From positions 22,940,001-23,004,000 of the forward strand of contig CM069162.1 in the NCBI GenBank assembly GCA_035221665.1: DNA of 64,000 nucleotides. Reading direction: 5' to 3'. Positions 37,140 to 49,775 of the stretch are shown here, one piece after another (position 1 is the stretch's first letter; every line of letters starts with the position of its first letter). Source of the stretch: Okamejei kenojei (lineage: Eukaryota). The notes beneath the pieces are model-generated. The model saw only the letters and a list, made by a program, of their open reading frames with translations, was not told the origin of the DNA and searched no databases. The translations under genes and the position numbers were made by a program.

Positions 37140-37840
37140 TTCGGGAAGGAACTGCAGCAGCTGGCTTATACCGAAGATAGACAAAAATTGCTGGAGTAAC
37201 TCAGTGGGTCAGGCAGGTTCCCTGGAGAAATGGAATGGGTGATGTTTCATTCTGGCCTGTCTCCCTAAGGTGACCTACATGTAGTGGGATCCACACACCA
37301 TTCATGGTAGCCTTGGACTGATTAGTGTTGCTGGGGCGTGCCTCACATTTGTTGTGAAGGCCTCTCACTCCGCAAGTGGCCTGCACCATCCTTGGCCCAC
37401 AGATTCACACATGTAGAGGGATCCATGCATCATACACAAGAAGAAGGGTCCCGACCCGGAACGTCACGCATTCCTTCTCTCCACAGACGCTGCCTGTCCT
37501 GCTGAGTTACTCCAGCATCTGCAGTTCCTTCCTACACAGCCTTCACTTCAGTTCAGTTTAGTTTATTGTCACGTGTACCGAGGCACAGCGAAAGGCTTTT
37601 GTCTTGGACTGCACAGTAATGCAGGGGCAGGATTGATAGTTGTCCTGAAGGTCTCTTTCCCCAGGAGTTTATCCACACCATCCTTGCCCAAGATTCAGCA
37701 ATGTATAAGTAGCTCTAACTCGAGACTGAAGAAGGTATAGACCCGAAGCGTCATATTCTCCAGAGATGCTGCCTGGCCCGCTGAGTTACTCCAGCACTCT
37801 GTGTATTTTTGGTAAACCAGCACCTGCAGTTCCTCATGCC
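37140..37840. mobile_element. Three Penelope-derived short elements (37140-37250 minus; 37438-37537 plus; 37723-37840 plus)
   Basis: Each matches the shared about 130-bp consensus. Confidence 0.8.
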
Positions 37841-38818
37841 TCCCATGAAGCTTCTACAGTGAACCTGCGCCCAGAACGCTAGACACTGACCTACGGACAA
37901 CTGAAATCTACAAATATTCAGCTACTCTTGATGATGTCTGTAAAATGAGACGATGTATAACTTAGAACAACCCTGATCAATCACAGCTATAAATGTGATG
38001 GGCAATTGGACTGGAATCAATGCACCAGTATTTAACTCTGCTGCCCTCTCCAGATATGATTAGTGCAACCAAGTGAAGCACCCAATGTTTATCACCGTAA
38101 CCTGTTTGCAAGACATTGAACAGAGGGAAAGAGAAACATTTTGTTGTCCTCCTCTCTATTGTGCTGGTGACAATCTGTATTTGGCTGACAGAAATTCTGC
38201 TCTGACCCGGGGTTAATGACATGCACAGCGCATCGCACTGATCAAGTGAATAATGCAGATTTCTTCCCCCTTTGTAGTATAAAGTTAAAGCCTAGGTCAC
38301 AGAGTGAAGCTGCAGCGAGCAACTCCCCATGTGTCTCTTTTAATTAACACACTCGTAACTAAAGCTGCCGCCCAAGGTCAGACAACCGCCTCCCCTCAGA
38401 CAGGCAAGAGGACACGACTCACAACAGCGGCGATGAGGACAAGAGAACTGACCTCTCCAGGAGCAAAATGTCAATTAATTATACTTTTACTACCCTCTCA
38501 ATTATTACAAGCTGATAAGCTGAATAGGGTATCTGAAAATGGCATTAAATCATCAGCAAGTCGCTGGCTGGTGAGTACAGTGTGACAATTACCATAAAAT
38601 TCACAGATGTGGTGCCTAATAATAGGACATAAATAGTTAGAGGTTGTTTATGGCCTAATCCATACTCCTGTCATATTTCCCATCTCTTTAACTGGACAGT
38701 TTTGTCACAATAAGGGATTTTAAGGTGAGGGCTGGAAAATCAAAGTAATCCAGTGGTTGAAGGTGAATAGGACGTTTACTGAGTCTCACCCCTGCAGCAT
38801 GCAGATACCAACTCATGG

Positions 38819-39240
38819 GGTAGACACAAAATGCCGGAGTAACTCAGCGGGTCAGGCAGCATCTCTGGAGAGGAGGAATGGGTGACGTTTCCAGGCGAGA
38901 CCCTTCTTCAGACTGAGAGTCAGGGAAAGGGTAACGAGAGATATAGACGGTGATGGAGAGAGATGTGGAACAAATCAATGAAAAATATGCAAGAAAAGTA
39001 ACAATGATCAAGGAAACAAGCCATTGTTAGCTGTTTGCTCGGTGAGAATGGGAAGCTGGTGTGACGTAGGTGGGGGAGGGATGGAGAGAGAGGGAATGCT
39101 GGGGTTACTTGCATCCCTGCATTGAACCGAAACATCACCCATTCCTTCTCTCCAGAGATGCTGCCTGTCCCGCTGAGTTACTCCGGCATGTGCGTCTATC
39201 TTCAGTTTAAAACAGCACCTGCAGTTCCTTCCTGCACATA
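38819..39240. mobile_element. Penelope-derived inverted pair with a long antisense arm
   Basis: Minus arm 38819-39112 extends about 200 bp beyond the hammerhead; plus arm 39124-39240. Confidence 0.8.
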
Positions 39241-39696
39241 CCAACATGGGTTCAGTTTAAGTTCTCAGCAATGCTCAGTGGTTGCAGGTGTAAAGGGTAG
39301 GGACAGTGGTGGGAGGAGTGTAGGCAAAAGGGAGAAACTGAACGAGCAAAACACTGCCGATGCTGGAAAACTGGAAAGATTCGGAAAGTGGTCGTCAGTC
39401 CCTGTGGAGAGTGGGTGAAAGAGTTAACGTTGCAGGCCAGTGGCCATCCGTCAGAAGAGAGGAATGAAGCTGCTGCCTATGTGCCAAGTGGCAATGGATG
39501 AATGGGCTGCATCGATCACAGTTGTGGTTGTCTGCAGGTTGACTCCCACTCTGGTGTTGATAAACAACGAGTGGACATGAAGGATGCACTGAGCACTGTG
39601 AGGGACAGGTCAAACAACACGTGGGCATCCTTGGGAGAGGTGGGGACAAAATTGTCCTGAAGAAAGCTGCTGTGGGTGACACAGCTCTCACTACTA

Positions 39697-40000
39697 GGGC
39701 AGCACCGTGGCACAGTGGTAGAGCTACTGCCTTACAGCGCCAGAGACCCGGGTTCGATCCTGACTATGGGTGCTGTCTGTACGGAGTTTGTGACCTGCGT
39801 GGGTTTTCTCCGAGATCTTCGGTTTCCTCCCACACTCCAAAGACGTACAGGTTTGTCGGTTAAATGGTTTTGGTATAAATGTAAACATGTCCCTAGTATG
39901 TGTAGGATAGTGTTAGTGTGTGGGGATCGCTGGTCAATGCGGACTTGAAGGGCCTGTTACTGCATTGTATCTCCAAACTAAACTGAACTAAAACTAAACT
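39697..40000 (+). mobile_element. HE1-type V-SINE
   Basis: Head, core and taaactgaactaaaactaaac tail. Confidence 0.9.
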
Positions 40001-40488
40001 ATTGCTGATTCTCTGCTGCGTGCAGAGTCACTGGCCTGAAAGAAGAAAGTGCCCCTTCTCCACACAATGTGGACTTTTACTCAGAGGCACTGTACCTGGT
40101 TACTTCCTTTATTCTGTCCAGCAAGCTCTGTGCTTGCTCCCCTCGCCTGGAAGTAACTGGGGCGCGGTGGTCTGGTTCTGCCAGGCACCACAGTCACGTG
40201 TCTGTGGTGGTGAACTAGGCAGGAATCCTCACCACAATGCCCCCGAAAACATAATTACAGAGGGATTCACAATTGATCTGCACATTTTGTATCTGCATTT
40301 CTGTATTCTGCATTATATTATGTTTCCTTTCTCTTTTTGCACTACCTGCTGAACACACATAAAGTATCATCAGCCTGGAAAGCATGCAAAACAAAGTTTG
40401 TCACCATATCGCCATACAGGTGACAATAATAAACAAATACTAATATTATTTTGCCTTTAGTTCTACGTTTGTTTCTGTTAATATGTAG

Positions 40489-40523
<35 letters not shown>

Positions 40524-40552
40524 AACACGCACACTCACACACACACACATAT

Positions 40553-40801
40553 CTAGTTTAGTTTGGAAATACAGCGCGGAAACAGGCCTTTCGACCCACC
40601 GTCCGCGCCGACCAGCGTTCCCCGCACGTTAACACTATCCTACACACGCCTGGCAATTTGCAATTTTTACCGAAGCCAATTAACCTACAAACCTGTACGT
40701 CTTTGGAGTGTGGGAGGAAAGCGGAGCACCTGGAGAAAACGGCGAGAATGTACAAACTCCGTACAGACAGCACCTGTGGTCAGGATCGAGCCCGTGTCTC
40801 T
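40553..40801 (-). mobile_element. HE1-type V-SINE cut by the gap
   Basis: Matches consensus up to the N run. Confidence 0.9.
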
Positions 40802-40979
40802 NNNNNNNNNNNNNNNNNNNNNNNNNNNNNNNNNNNNNNNNNNNNNNNNNNNNNNNNNNNNNNNNNNNNNNNNNNNNNNNNNNNNNNNNNNNNNNNNNNN
40901 NNNNNNNNNNNNNNNNNNNNNNNNNNNNNNNNNNNNNNNNNNNNNNNNNNNNNNNNNNNNNNNNNNNNNNNNNNNNNNN
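40802..40979. other. Assembly gap (N run)
   Basis: 178 N. Confidence 1.
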
Positions 40980-42239
40980 AGTGTGTGTGTACAATAATAT
41001 ATTAAACTTAATATACTGAACCTTTTTTCCATTTACTATAATGTTTACAGCGAACTATGTTTACATATTCTGTTGTGCTGCTGCAAGTAAGAATTTCATT
41101 GGTCCATTTGGGATATATGACAATAAAACACTCTTGACTCTTGACTTTACGGTAGGCTGCTACATCATTGTAGATGTGAATGGAGCATTTGTCCTTTCTT
41201 CCACTATGTCGATGTTATACTCATTTAATTGAAGTTTCTCTCGGTACTCCTCGTGAATGCCTCTCTGCAAGCTCGGCCCCTTCACTATAAACTCAGCAAG
41301 CTGCCGGCGGATCCCAGTGTTCCAAATTCCAAGCCCCAATCCCTCCCCTCCATGGATTGCAGGCCACAGATGGGAGCTTGACATGCAAGGGGGAGATTAG
41401 GTCCCCCGTGGAATGTTTGATGAAACAGGACTGAATAATAAAAGAGAAGGCAGGTGAACCAGATAATGGAGGTCATTAAAACAAGGCTAGAGGATGTGGG
41501 TTCCCAGAAGAATAGGAAGGTAGGGCACCATTAACCGCCCCATTGCACCTTACCTACGACTCAGTTTTAGAGTTCAGAGCTGGATTTAACATGTCTATAT
41601 ATTACCCTCTAGCAAATCTCTTATCTGCAAACTCACAAGCTCAATTAAGCAATGTGGACCAGGAAATCTGTTGGTCTAACTCCCTAAGGATGCATACAGC
41701 CAACAATATAAATAGGAAAGAATTATTATACCACTCTGTCATACTTTCAGGATCTCCTGAATCAATTTACTGGATAGTCCTTTGAACCCTTGTTCAAATA
41801 ACATTTAGTATTACTCTGCAATTGGCACTGAGCAAGATCTCATCAACAGCAAAGAGATGAATGAACAGTTTATGATGGTAGACACAAAATGGTGGAGTAA
41901 GCCGGCGGGCCAGGCAGCGTCTCTGGAGAGAAGCATTTATCATGGTGTCGGCTACGGAAAGGAAGCAGGCCAGACCTGGATGCTCCCTGCTCTTCACTAA
42001 TCACTTTCACAAGGGCTTCTCCATGTCTAGACCGATGGACTGCACTTTGCACACCTCATGCCTCAGAGTCTACGACATTTTGTTACCAGAGTTCTCTTCT
42101 CCATTCACATAAATATGTCTCATTTGTACAAATGATGCAGCACCCACTCAAGCCTGAAGTCCTGCAATGGGACTTGAACTCACAAACTCCTCACACAGGG
42201 ATGCTGACACACTCACACTTTGTGTCAAACTGATGTTTT

Positions 42240-42530
42240 ATGTATAGCTAGAAACAGAAGATGCTGGCTTATACTGCGGAGAGACATAAAGTGCTGGAGC
42301 AACTCAGTGGATCAGGCAGCATCTCTGGAGAAAATGAACAGGTGGCGTTTCGGGTCAAAACCCTTCTTCAGGCTGAAAGTAGTGGGGGGGAGGGGGAGAG
42401 GGGGGGAGGGGGAGAGGGGGGGAGACTGGAGGTAGGAAAAGGCCAGAACAAATCAGGGTTGGCAACAGATGACCAAGGGAGTGTGGAGCCCATAATGGGC
42501 GATTGTTGGCTGGGTAAGAGGTGAACATTG
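42240..42530 (-). mobile_element. Penelope-derived element with upstream pLTR sequence
   Basis: ggcgtttcgggtcaaaacccttcttcag followed by a purine-rich arm complementary to the 24740-24830 type. Confidence 0.8.
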
Positions 42531-43109
42531 ATGGATTCAGGGATGCGAACAAACTGATGTTCCATGAACCTACTATATAATCCAAACATGGAGAATGACA
42601 GTTTGCAAAGTCTGGACTAAACACAGTGGGTTAGTTCCACTGAGACTAAGTTAGAATTTCTCTTTCACCTCACCCAGGCTGGGACAGATTCGAACACTCT
42701 CTGGTAACCCAATCAACAGTGCGAGGGAAGTACGTTCCCATGTCAAACAATTACCGTCTCAATGAGGACACGCTGTAATTCCATGAGGGAATCGTGCTAT
42801 TGCTATGCCATCATGATAATGAAATTAGTTACTGTAAGGCCCAATTATAACTGCATCTGAGATCTTGCCCACTGCACGCTACAAGGACACAAGTGAAGAA
42901 GCATGGTGGAACACACATCCAGCATCTGTTCATGGACCACAGGGACATAAGCTTTTCCCTTTTTATCCAAATCAAATTAACTGGAGAATGATATTTCTGT
43001 TCCCTATAAATACTATTTTTTTTCCATTAGAAGCACATCCTTTGCCTAAGGTCCAGAATACAAATTGTCAGTCTGCCTCTCAGCTAAAGGCAATGACTAA
43101 TACATCTTA

Positions 43110-43200
43110 AGACACAAAGTGCTGGAATAACTCAGCGGGTCAGGCAGCATCTCTGGAGAACATGGATGGATGAAGTTACGGGTCGGGATACTTCTTCTTT
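43110..43200 (-). mobile_element. Penelope-derived short element
   Basis: agacacaaagtgctggaataactcagcgggtcaggcagcatctctggag. Confidence 0.8.
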
Positions 43201-44223
43201 AATTGCCCTAGTTAGGTTTAAATTATATTTAATTTTGTTTTTTCCCCGTCCTATAATGCTAGGATTGGCAAACAATGTTCACAAGTAAGTTCTTCTCAAT
43301 GAGAGCAGTTGTCCTTTGGATAGCTTTACATTAAGGGCATCACTTTGTCATCAACTACTAGCTGGCAGTGAGTACCAGAATAATGATATAAAAGATCAAA
43401 TTCTCCAAATTACAATCACTACTATCAAGCCTTTATGCCTGATTATCACACACAAGGTCAGGGCCTTCCGATAAGAGATGGTAAACTAAAGCTCTCAGTT
43501 TTTTCTCGAAAAGATCTCACGGCAATAATTTAAAGAAGAGCAAGGAAGTTCTCACTCGTGATTGAAGGAAGATTCATCTTTCAACCCAACAGCATAACTG
43601 TACATTAACTGTGTCTGTGTGACACAGTGCTGACCAAAATACCCCATCAACGTCAGTCCCACCTGTCTGCATTTGGCCCATATCCCTCTAAATCTGTCCT
43701 ACACATGTACCTGTCTAAATGGCTTTTAAATGTTGTTATTGCACCTGCCTCATGTGTCATTTTTCTGCATTACCCATACCTCTTGATTCTATAATATCTA
43801 AACAGCTATCTTCACTATACTCAGTGACAAAGCTGCTACAACCCTGCAGGGGAAAGTAGTCTCAACATTCACGACCTACTTGTCATTCTTCTTATCTCTG
43901 ATCTGAACAGTGCCGCCTTCCACCTCAGTCAAGTGAAGCATCATCCCTGAAACTACCCTGTCGGGCCCTGTATATTTTCGTGAGATCCTATCTTAGGCTT
44001 GTAAACTTGAGAACCTGTACCAGTCAGTGTCACCAAGGCTCCATTTTTATTGAGCAAGACTTCTTTACCCATGTACTCAAATTTTGCAATAAAGGCCAGC
44101 GTATCATTTGCCTTCCAAATTGCCTGCAGTCGCTACCTGTTAAACATTACTGATTTGTGTGCTAGGACAGCCGGTTCCCAACATCGTTCAGGCTCTAGAC
44201 TGTGCTGTAGACTTTCAAGAAAG

Positions 44224-44520
44224 AGGCAGCGCAGTGGCGCAGCGGCAGAGCTGCTACCTTACAGCACCAGAGATCCCGATTCGATCCTGACTATGCGTGC
44301 TGTTTTTGTGGAGTCTGTATGTTCTCCCTGTGGCCGCGTGGGTTTTCTCCGGGTGATCCGGTTTCCTCCAACACTCCAAAGACGAACAGGTTTGTAGGTT
44401 AATTGGCTCCGGTGAAATTGCAAATTGATATGAGGATAGTGTTAGTGTACGGAGTGATCCCTGGTCAGCGTGGGCTCAGTAGGCTGCACTGTCTGTTTCC
44501 AAGCTGGATCGCTAAAGTCT
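44224..44520 (+). mobile_element. HE1-type V-SINE
   Basis: ggcagcgcagtggcgcagcggcagag head and V core. Confidence 0.85.
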
Positions 44521-44665
44521 ACAGTTGCAGCGCACGGTCTCGCCATTTAAGAATTACTCCACCTTGCCTATATTTATCTACCAACATGGATGACCTGATA
44601 TTTTCCCTTTTTTTATTCCTTCTGCCTTAACCTTTCCCAAATCACATACCTTATCTCCACCTCCC

Positions 44666-45005
44666 TTTTTTTTTGTAATTTCAAAGCAGACTTTTTTCAA
44701 GTAAATAATCCATACAATACATGAACTGTGCAAAAGGATTCAGCCGACATTCCCGGAGGCCCTACAAACATTCAATACTGCTTTCCCAAATCGCAGTTTC
44801 CCCCCCACACCCTTGCCACTCATGTGGCCCATTGGCGTGAATTCCCTTCCCTTATTTTGAGGGGCGTCTCCACCACACCCTGCCCCTCATGTCCAGCAGC
44901 GGAAGGACCCTAGACTGTCGCCCTCCCCCACAGAGCCTTGGCGTTGGCTAGCACCGAGCTTCAGCACGTACTCCTGCAGTCTGAACCTCGCTGCATGCTT
45001 GCGGT
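44666..45005 (-). mobile_element. L1-Tx1 3' end (ORF2 C-terminus, 3' UTR, poly(A))
   Basis: ARFRLQEYVLKLGA then frameshifted AKALWGRATV*, resembling Tx1 ORF2 ends; T9 tract at 44666-44674. Confidence 0.7.
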
Positions 45006-45191
45006 CAACACGGCCTATATGTACTGCATTCAATTCCCTCATCCAAATCAGTGATATAGATTGTGAACAGCTGGGACCCTGCAGCACTTACTAATCACAC
45101 CCTTCCAATCTGAAGCTGACCTGCTTATTTACGCGCTGCCTTTAATTTGCACACGCATAGGACTCCACAGTCAGGTACTTTCATTTTGTTC

Positions 45192-45406
45192 GTAGACAAA
45201 AGCGCTGGAGAAACTCAGCGGGTGCAGCAGCATCTATGGAGTGAAGGAAATAGGCAACGTTTCAGGCCGAAATCCGGAAATAGGCAGCGTTTCGGCCCGA
45301 AACGTGGCCTATTTCCTTCGCTCCATCGATGCTGCTGCACCCGCTGAGTTTCTCCAGCACTTTTGTCTACCTTAAATCTTCCAGCATCTGCAGTTCCTTC
45401 TTATAC
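45192..45406. mobile_element. Penelope-derived inverted pair with a perfect 15-bp TSD
   Basis: actttcattttgttc at 45177-45191 and 45407-45421. Confidence 0.9.
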
Positions 45407-45884
45407 ACTTTCATTTTGTTCAATGACTTCTCGTGCAGCACCTCACACAAGGCCATCTGAAAAGTTACACAAGAACCGGTTTCCTCTTTTTGTTCTGCTA
45501 GTTACAACCACAGAAACCTCTAACATTTGTCAAACATGATTTCCCTTTCAAGAACGTATGTTCTCTCGGCCCAATCCTATTATTATTTTCCAAGTGCTCT
45601 TTCATCACTGGTTTAATAATAGATTCCAACCTTTTCCCTCCTCTACGGGTCTATTGTGCTTTGTTTTTCTCTCTTTCTCCTTTCTTAAGTGGCGAGGTTA
45701 CATTTTCTTCCTTCTATTCTGTGGGAACTGCTTTGGAAGCGATGGAATTTGGGTAGGTGTCAAAAATACATCCATAACCTCCACTGCCACTCTCAGGGAC
45801 ATTGGGCCCATGGACCGAAAACGTCTGCATTGTGTTACTTTACCCACCGAGCAGAGATGAGGCCTTTAAATGTCTTTCAAAATG

Positions 45885-46002
45885 GGGACACAAGAGACTG
45901 CAGGAGTATTGAGCGACTTGCTGAAGGAACTCAGTGGGTTAGGCAGCATTTGGGGAGGGAGTGAACAGGCGATGTTTTGAGTCATGACCCTTCTTCAGAC
46001 CC
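45885..46002 (-). mobile_element. Divergent Penelope-derived element
   Basis: Reverse: gggt-CTGAAGAAGGGTCATGACTCAAAACATC-gcct. Confidence 0.7.
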
Positions 46003-46417
46003 CTCTTTCAAATGGCACAGCCTGTGGAACCAAGTAAAGAGAGCGATAAGTTGCCAGACTTGCTGAGACTAGTTGTCGGGTAGGCTAGTCCAGGAAACTG
46101 GATTTTCAGGCTTTTTGGCTTTGATGAGTGAAACTGTTAAGTCTACGCAGGGTGCAGCTAGCTATATTATTTTTATATTTCAAAACAGGCAGCATAAAAC
46201 TGAACTTTAGACGACGACCTCAGGAACCTGTGGCATTTACAAGAATGTCACAGTAGCTTTAGAGTTTGGAACCTCACAGTGGAGCGGTCACAGTGAGCCC
46301 AGTATTGACATCCCTTTCCTCAAGATCTTTGTGCATTTCTGCCATTTTCTATCATGACCTGAGACTGGATACAGCACTGCTTAGTGTCCTTACAAACCAG
46401 CTTGATTATATATTTGT

Positions 46418-47140
46418 ATGAACGAACTGCGGATGCTGGTTTAAACCAAAGATAGACACAAAATGCCTCTACTTCCTGAGAAGATTACGGAGAGTCGGTC
46501 TGTAAAGGAGGACTCTCTCTAACTTCTACAGGTGCACAGTAGAGAGCTTGCTGACTGGTTGCATCGTGGCTTGGTTCGGCAACTTGAGTGCCCTGGAGAG
46601 GAAAAGACTACAAAAAGTAGTAAACACTGCCCAGTCCATCATCGGCTCTGACCTTCCTTCCATCGAGGGGATCTACCACAGTCGCTGCCTCAAAAAGGCT
46701 GGCAGCATCATCAAGGACCCACACCATCCTGGCCACACACTCATCTCCCTGCTACCTTCAGGTAGAAGGTACAGGAGCCTGAGAACTGCAACGACCCGGT
46801 TCAGGAATAGCTACTTCCCCACAGCCATCAGGCTATTAAACCTGGCTCGGACAAAACTCTGAACATTAATACCCCTCCATCTATTATTTGCACTTTGTTA
46901 ATTTATTAATTCATGTGTGTATTTAAGTATATAACTGTAGTCAATGCCTACTATGTTCTGTTGTGCTATGCAAAGAAAGAATTTCATTGTCCTGTCAGGG
47001 ATATATGACAATAAACTCTTTTGACTTTTGACCTTGACTTTTGACTTTGACTTTGAAATGCTGGAGTAACTCAGCGGGACAGGCAGCATCTCAGGAGAGA
47101 AGGAATGGGTGACATTTTGGGACGAGACCCTTCGTCAGAC
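46418..47140 (-). mobile_element. Penelope-derived element split by a Rex1 insertion
   Basis: Left half ends aaatgc (46461-46466); right half restarts aaatgc (47056-47061). Confidence 0.85.
46467..47055 (+). mobile_element. Rex1/Babar-type LINE 3' part
   Basis: LTGCIVAWFGN...RLQKVVNTAQSII...PSGRRYRSL.TATTRFRNSYFPTAIRLLN; (ttgact)n tail. Confidence 0.9.
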
Positions 47141-47858
47141 GTTGATGAAGAATATTGATTACATATTTGATACATCATGTTGATTACATATTTGTTATAC
47201 ATGTTCTAACTTTCCCTTCTGTATTGACACAAAGTATCCACTAAGAGGATTCTTTATAAACTCACAGCTATTCCACCTACATTCCAAGCTAAATGTAGGT
47301 GGTGAAATGTCCTTGCCGTTCTTTGTCCTGTGATATTTCTCATTAACACCTCATTATCACTTAATGAAAGCTTCTGAATGTCTTCAACGTTTTTTTGAGG
47401 AATGTTGTGCTATTGTGCAGTATTACTCACACCTCCAGCTATAAAAGATTCCTGGCACCAACACAGATGTTTCAACTGGTGAGGCTACTTCAGCCCCATA
47501 ATGCTCTGGTTTCGAGGGGTAGGGGCCAAATGTGGGCAAAAGGGACTGTCTTGGTCGGCACAGACAAGTTGGTCTGCAGGGCCTATTTCCAGAGTATGAC
47601 TGTGACTCTATCCCTGCCTCCCTCTAATTCCAGACTTTATGAAATCCTCACTTCCTTTACAATGCCCAAGGCAGCCAGGTGACCCTCACTTCAACGTTTC
47701 CCTCGTCACTACCACCTCTCCATTTCTGCCTCCTTTTAAAAAATAATTTTATTTATTCAAACATGACCATTTGCCCTAATTTCTCAGGGATAAGATATGT
47801 TATGACTGATGAGATAACTAATCATTTGGATTTTTGCTCAGACTTTGATTGGACTTTA

Positions 47859-48832
47859 GATTCAGATTCAGATTCAATCTTTATTGTCATTGTACAGTGT
47901 AGAGTGCAGAGGCGACAAAATGCAGTTAGCATCTCACCCAGAAGAGCGAACATAGAATAATGGAATAGCAAAATATATAAATGTACATACAGTAGCAGTA
48001 ATGCAATTTTTCTGGGGGAAGGAGTGTCCGGGGGGGGGGGGGGGGGGGGGTGACTGGCAGTCACCAGGTGCAGAGTTAAGTTGTGTAACAGCCGCAGGGA
48101 AGAAGCTGTTCCTGAACCTGCTGGTCCGGCAACGGAGAGACCTGTAGCGCTTCCCGGATGGGAGGAGGGTAAACAGTCTGTGGCTGGGGTGAGAGCAGTC
48201 CTTGACGATGCTGCGCGCCCTTCGCAGACATCGCTTGCTCTGGACAGACTCAATGGAGGGGTGTGAGGAACCGGTGATGCGTTGGGCAGTTTTCACCACC
48301 CTCTGCAGTGCTTTCCGGTCGGAGACAGTAGTTGCCATACCATACTGTGATACAGTTGGTAAGGATGCTCTTGATGGTGCAGCGGTAGAAGTTCACCAGA
48401 ATCTGAGGAGACAGATGGACCTTCTTTAGTCTCCTCAGGAAGAAGAAACGCTGGTGAGCCTTCTTGACCAGTGTTGAGGTATTTTGGGTCCAAGAGAGGT
48501 CATCAGAGATGTTGACCCCCAGAAACCTCAAGCAGGAAACACGCTCCACCTCCGTCCCGTTAATATGGATGGGGGTGTGCGTGCCACCCCAAGACTTTCT
48601 GTAGTCCACAATTGGTCTTCTTGGAGTTAAGGGCCAGGTTGTTGTCAGCGCACCATGCTGCTAGGAGCTGAACCTCCTCCCTATAGGCCGACTCATCGTT
48701 GTCGCTGATGAGGCCAATCACCGTTGTATCATCTGCATACTTGATGATGGTGTTAGTACCATGTACAGGTGTGCAATCGTAGGTGAAGAGGGAGTAGAGG
48801 AGGGGGCTCAGCACGCAGCCCTGTGGAACGCC
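47859..48832 (-). mobile_element. Rex1/Babar-type LINE, RT C-terminal half
   Basis: GVPQGCVLSPLLYSLFT, KYADDTT, KKAHQRFFFLRRLKK; (tgaatc)n tail; 8-bp TSD ggacttta at 47851-47858 and 48833-48840. Confidence 0.9.
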
Positions 48833-49049
48833 GGACTTTATTGGACTTTAACTTGCACTTAACGTTATTCACGTTATTCCCTTTATCATGTAACTGTACA
48901 CAGTGGATGGCTCGATTGTAATTAGGTATAGTCTTTCCGCTGGCTGGTTAGCACACAACTAAAACTTGTCACTGTACCTACCGAGGGTTTGTTGTGTGCT
49001 AACCAGTCAGTGGAAACACGTGGCAATAAACTATAAACTCAAACTCAAG

Positions 49050-49775
49050 ATGGGGGTTGATTAGGGACAGTCAGCGTGGTTTTGCATGTGGGAGTTCGGT
49101 CTTACAAACCTGATTGAGTTTTTTGAAGAAGTCAGCCAATAGGTTGATGAGGGCAAAGTCATAAATGTTGTCTATATGGACTTCAGCAAGGCATTTGAAA
49201 CTGTTCCACATGGTAGGCTGCTCCGGAAGGATAGATCGCATGGGATCCAGGGAGGGCTAGCCAACTGAATACAGACTTGACTTCATGGAAAGAAGCAGCA
49301 GGTGGTGGTGGAAGATTGTTTTTCAGACAGGAGGCCTGTGGCTAGTGGTGTGCCTCAGGGCTTGGTGCTGGCCAAATATCCTAGAGCGGATCTTTGGTGC
49401 TGGCCACATTGCTGTTTGTGGTTTTTGTCAATGATTTTGATGCAAACGTACAAGGCATGATTAGTAATTTTGCAGATGACATGATGGTACCATAGATAGT
49501 GAAGATGGCTATCAAAAATTACAGCAGGATCTTGAACAGTTGAGCAAGTGGCTGAAGAATAACAAATGGAGCTTAATACAGAAAAGAACGAGGTGATGCA
49601 TTTTGGGAAGTCAAACCAGGGCAGGAATTTTACAGTGAATGGGCAAGGTCCTGGGAGTGTTGTAGGCTGATATGGGCCAAATATAGATAAAATACACTAA
49701 CTTAAAGGGGGTACCTTGATTAGCATAGACAAATTGGGTGGGAGGGCCTGTTTCCGTGCTGTATGACTACATGGC
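49050..49775 (+). mobile_element. Degraded CR1 RT fragment with tail
   Basis: tatatggacttcagcaaggcattt (YMDFSKAF), agtggtgtgcctcaggg (SGVPQG), tttgcagatgac (FADD). Confidence 0.85.

Noticed and set aside
40563-41032. ORFs of 100-144 aa
   Set aside because: Artefacts of reading through the N gap.
48250-48609. Apparent ALKBH8-N/DUF1891-like host gene
   Set aside because: This motif is the standard region after the RT in Rex1/Babar LINEs and sits inside a TSD-bounded element.
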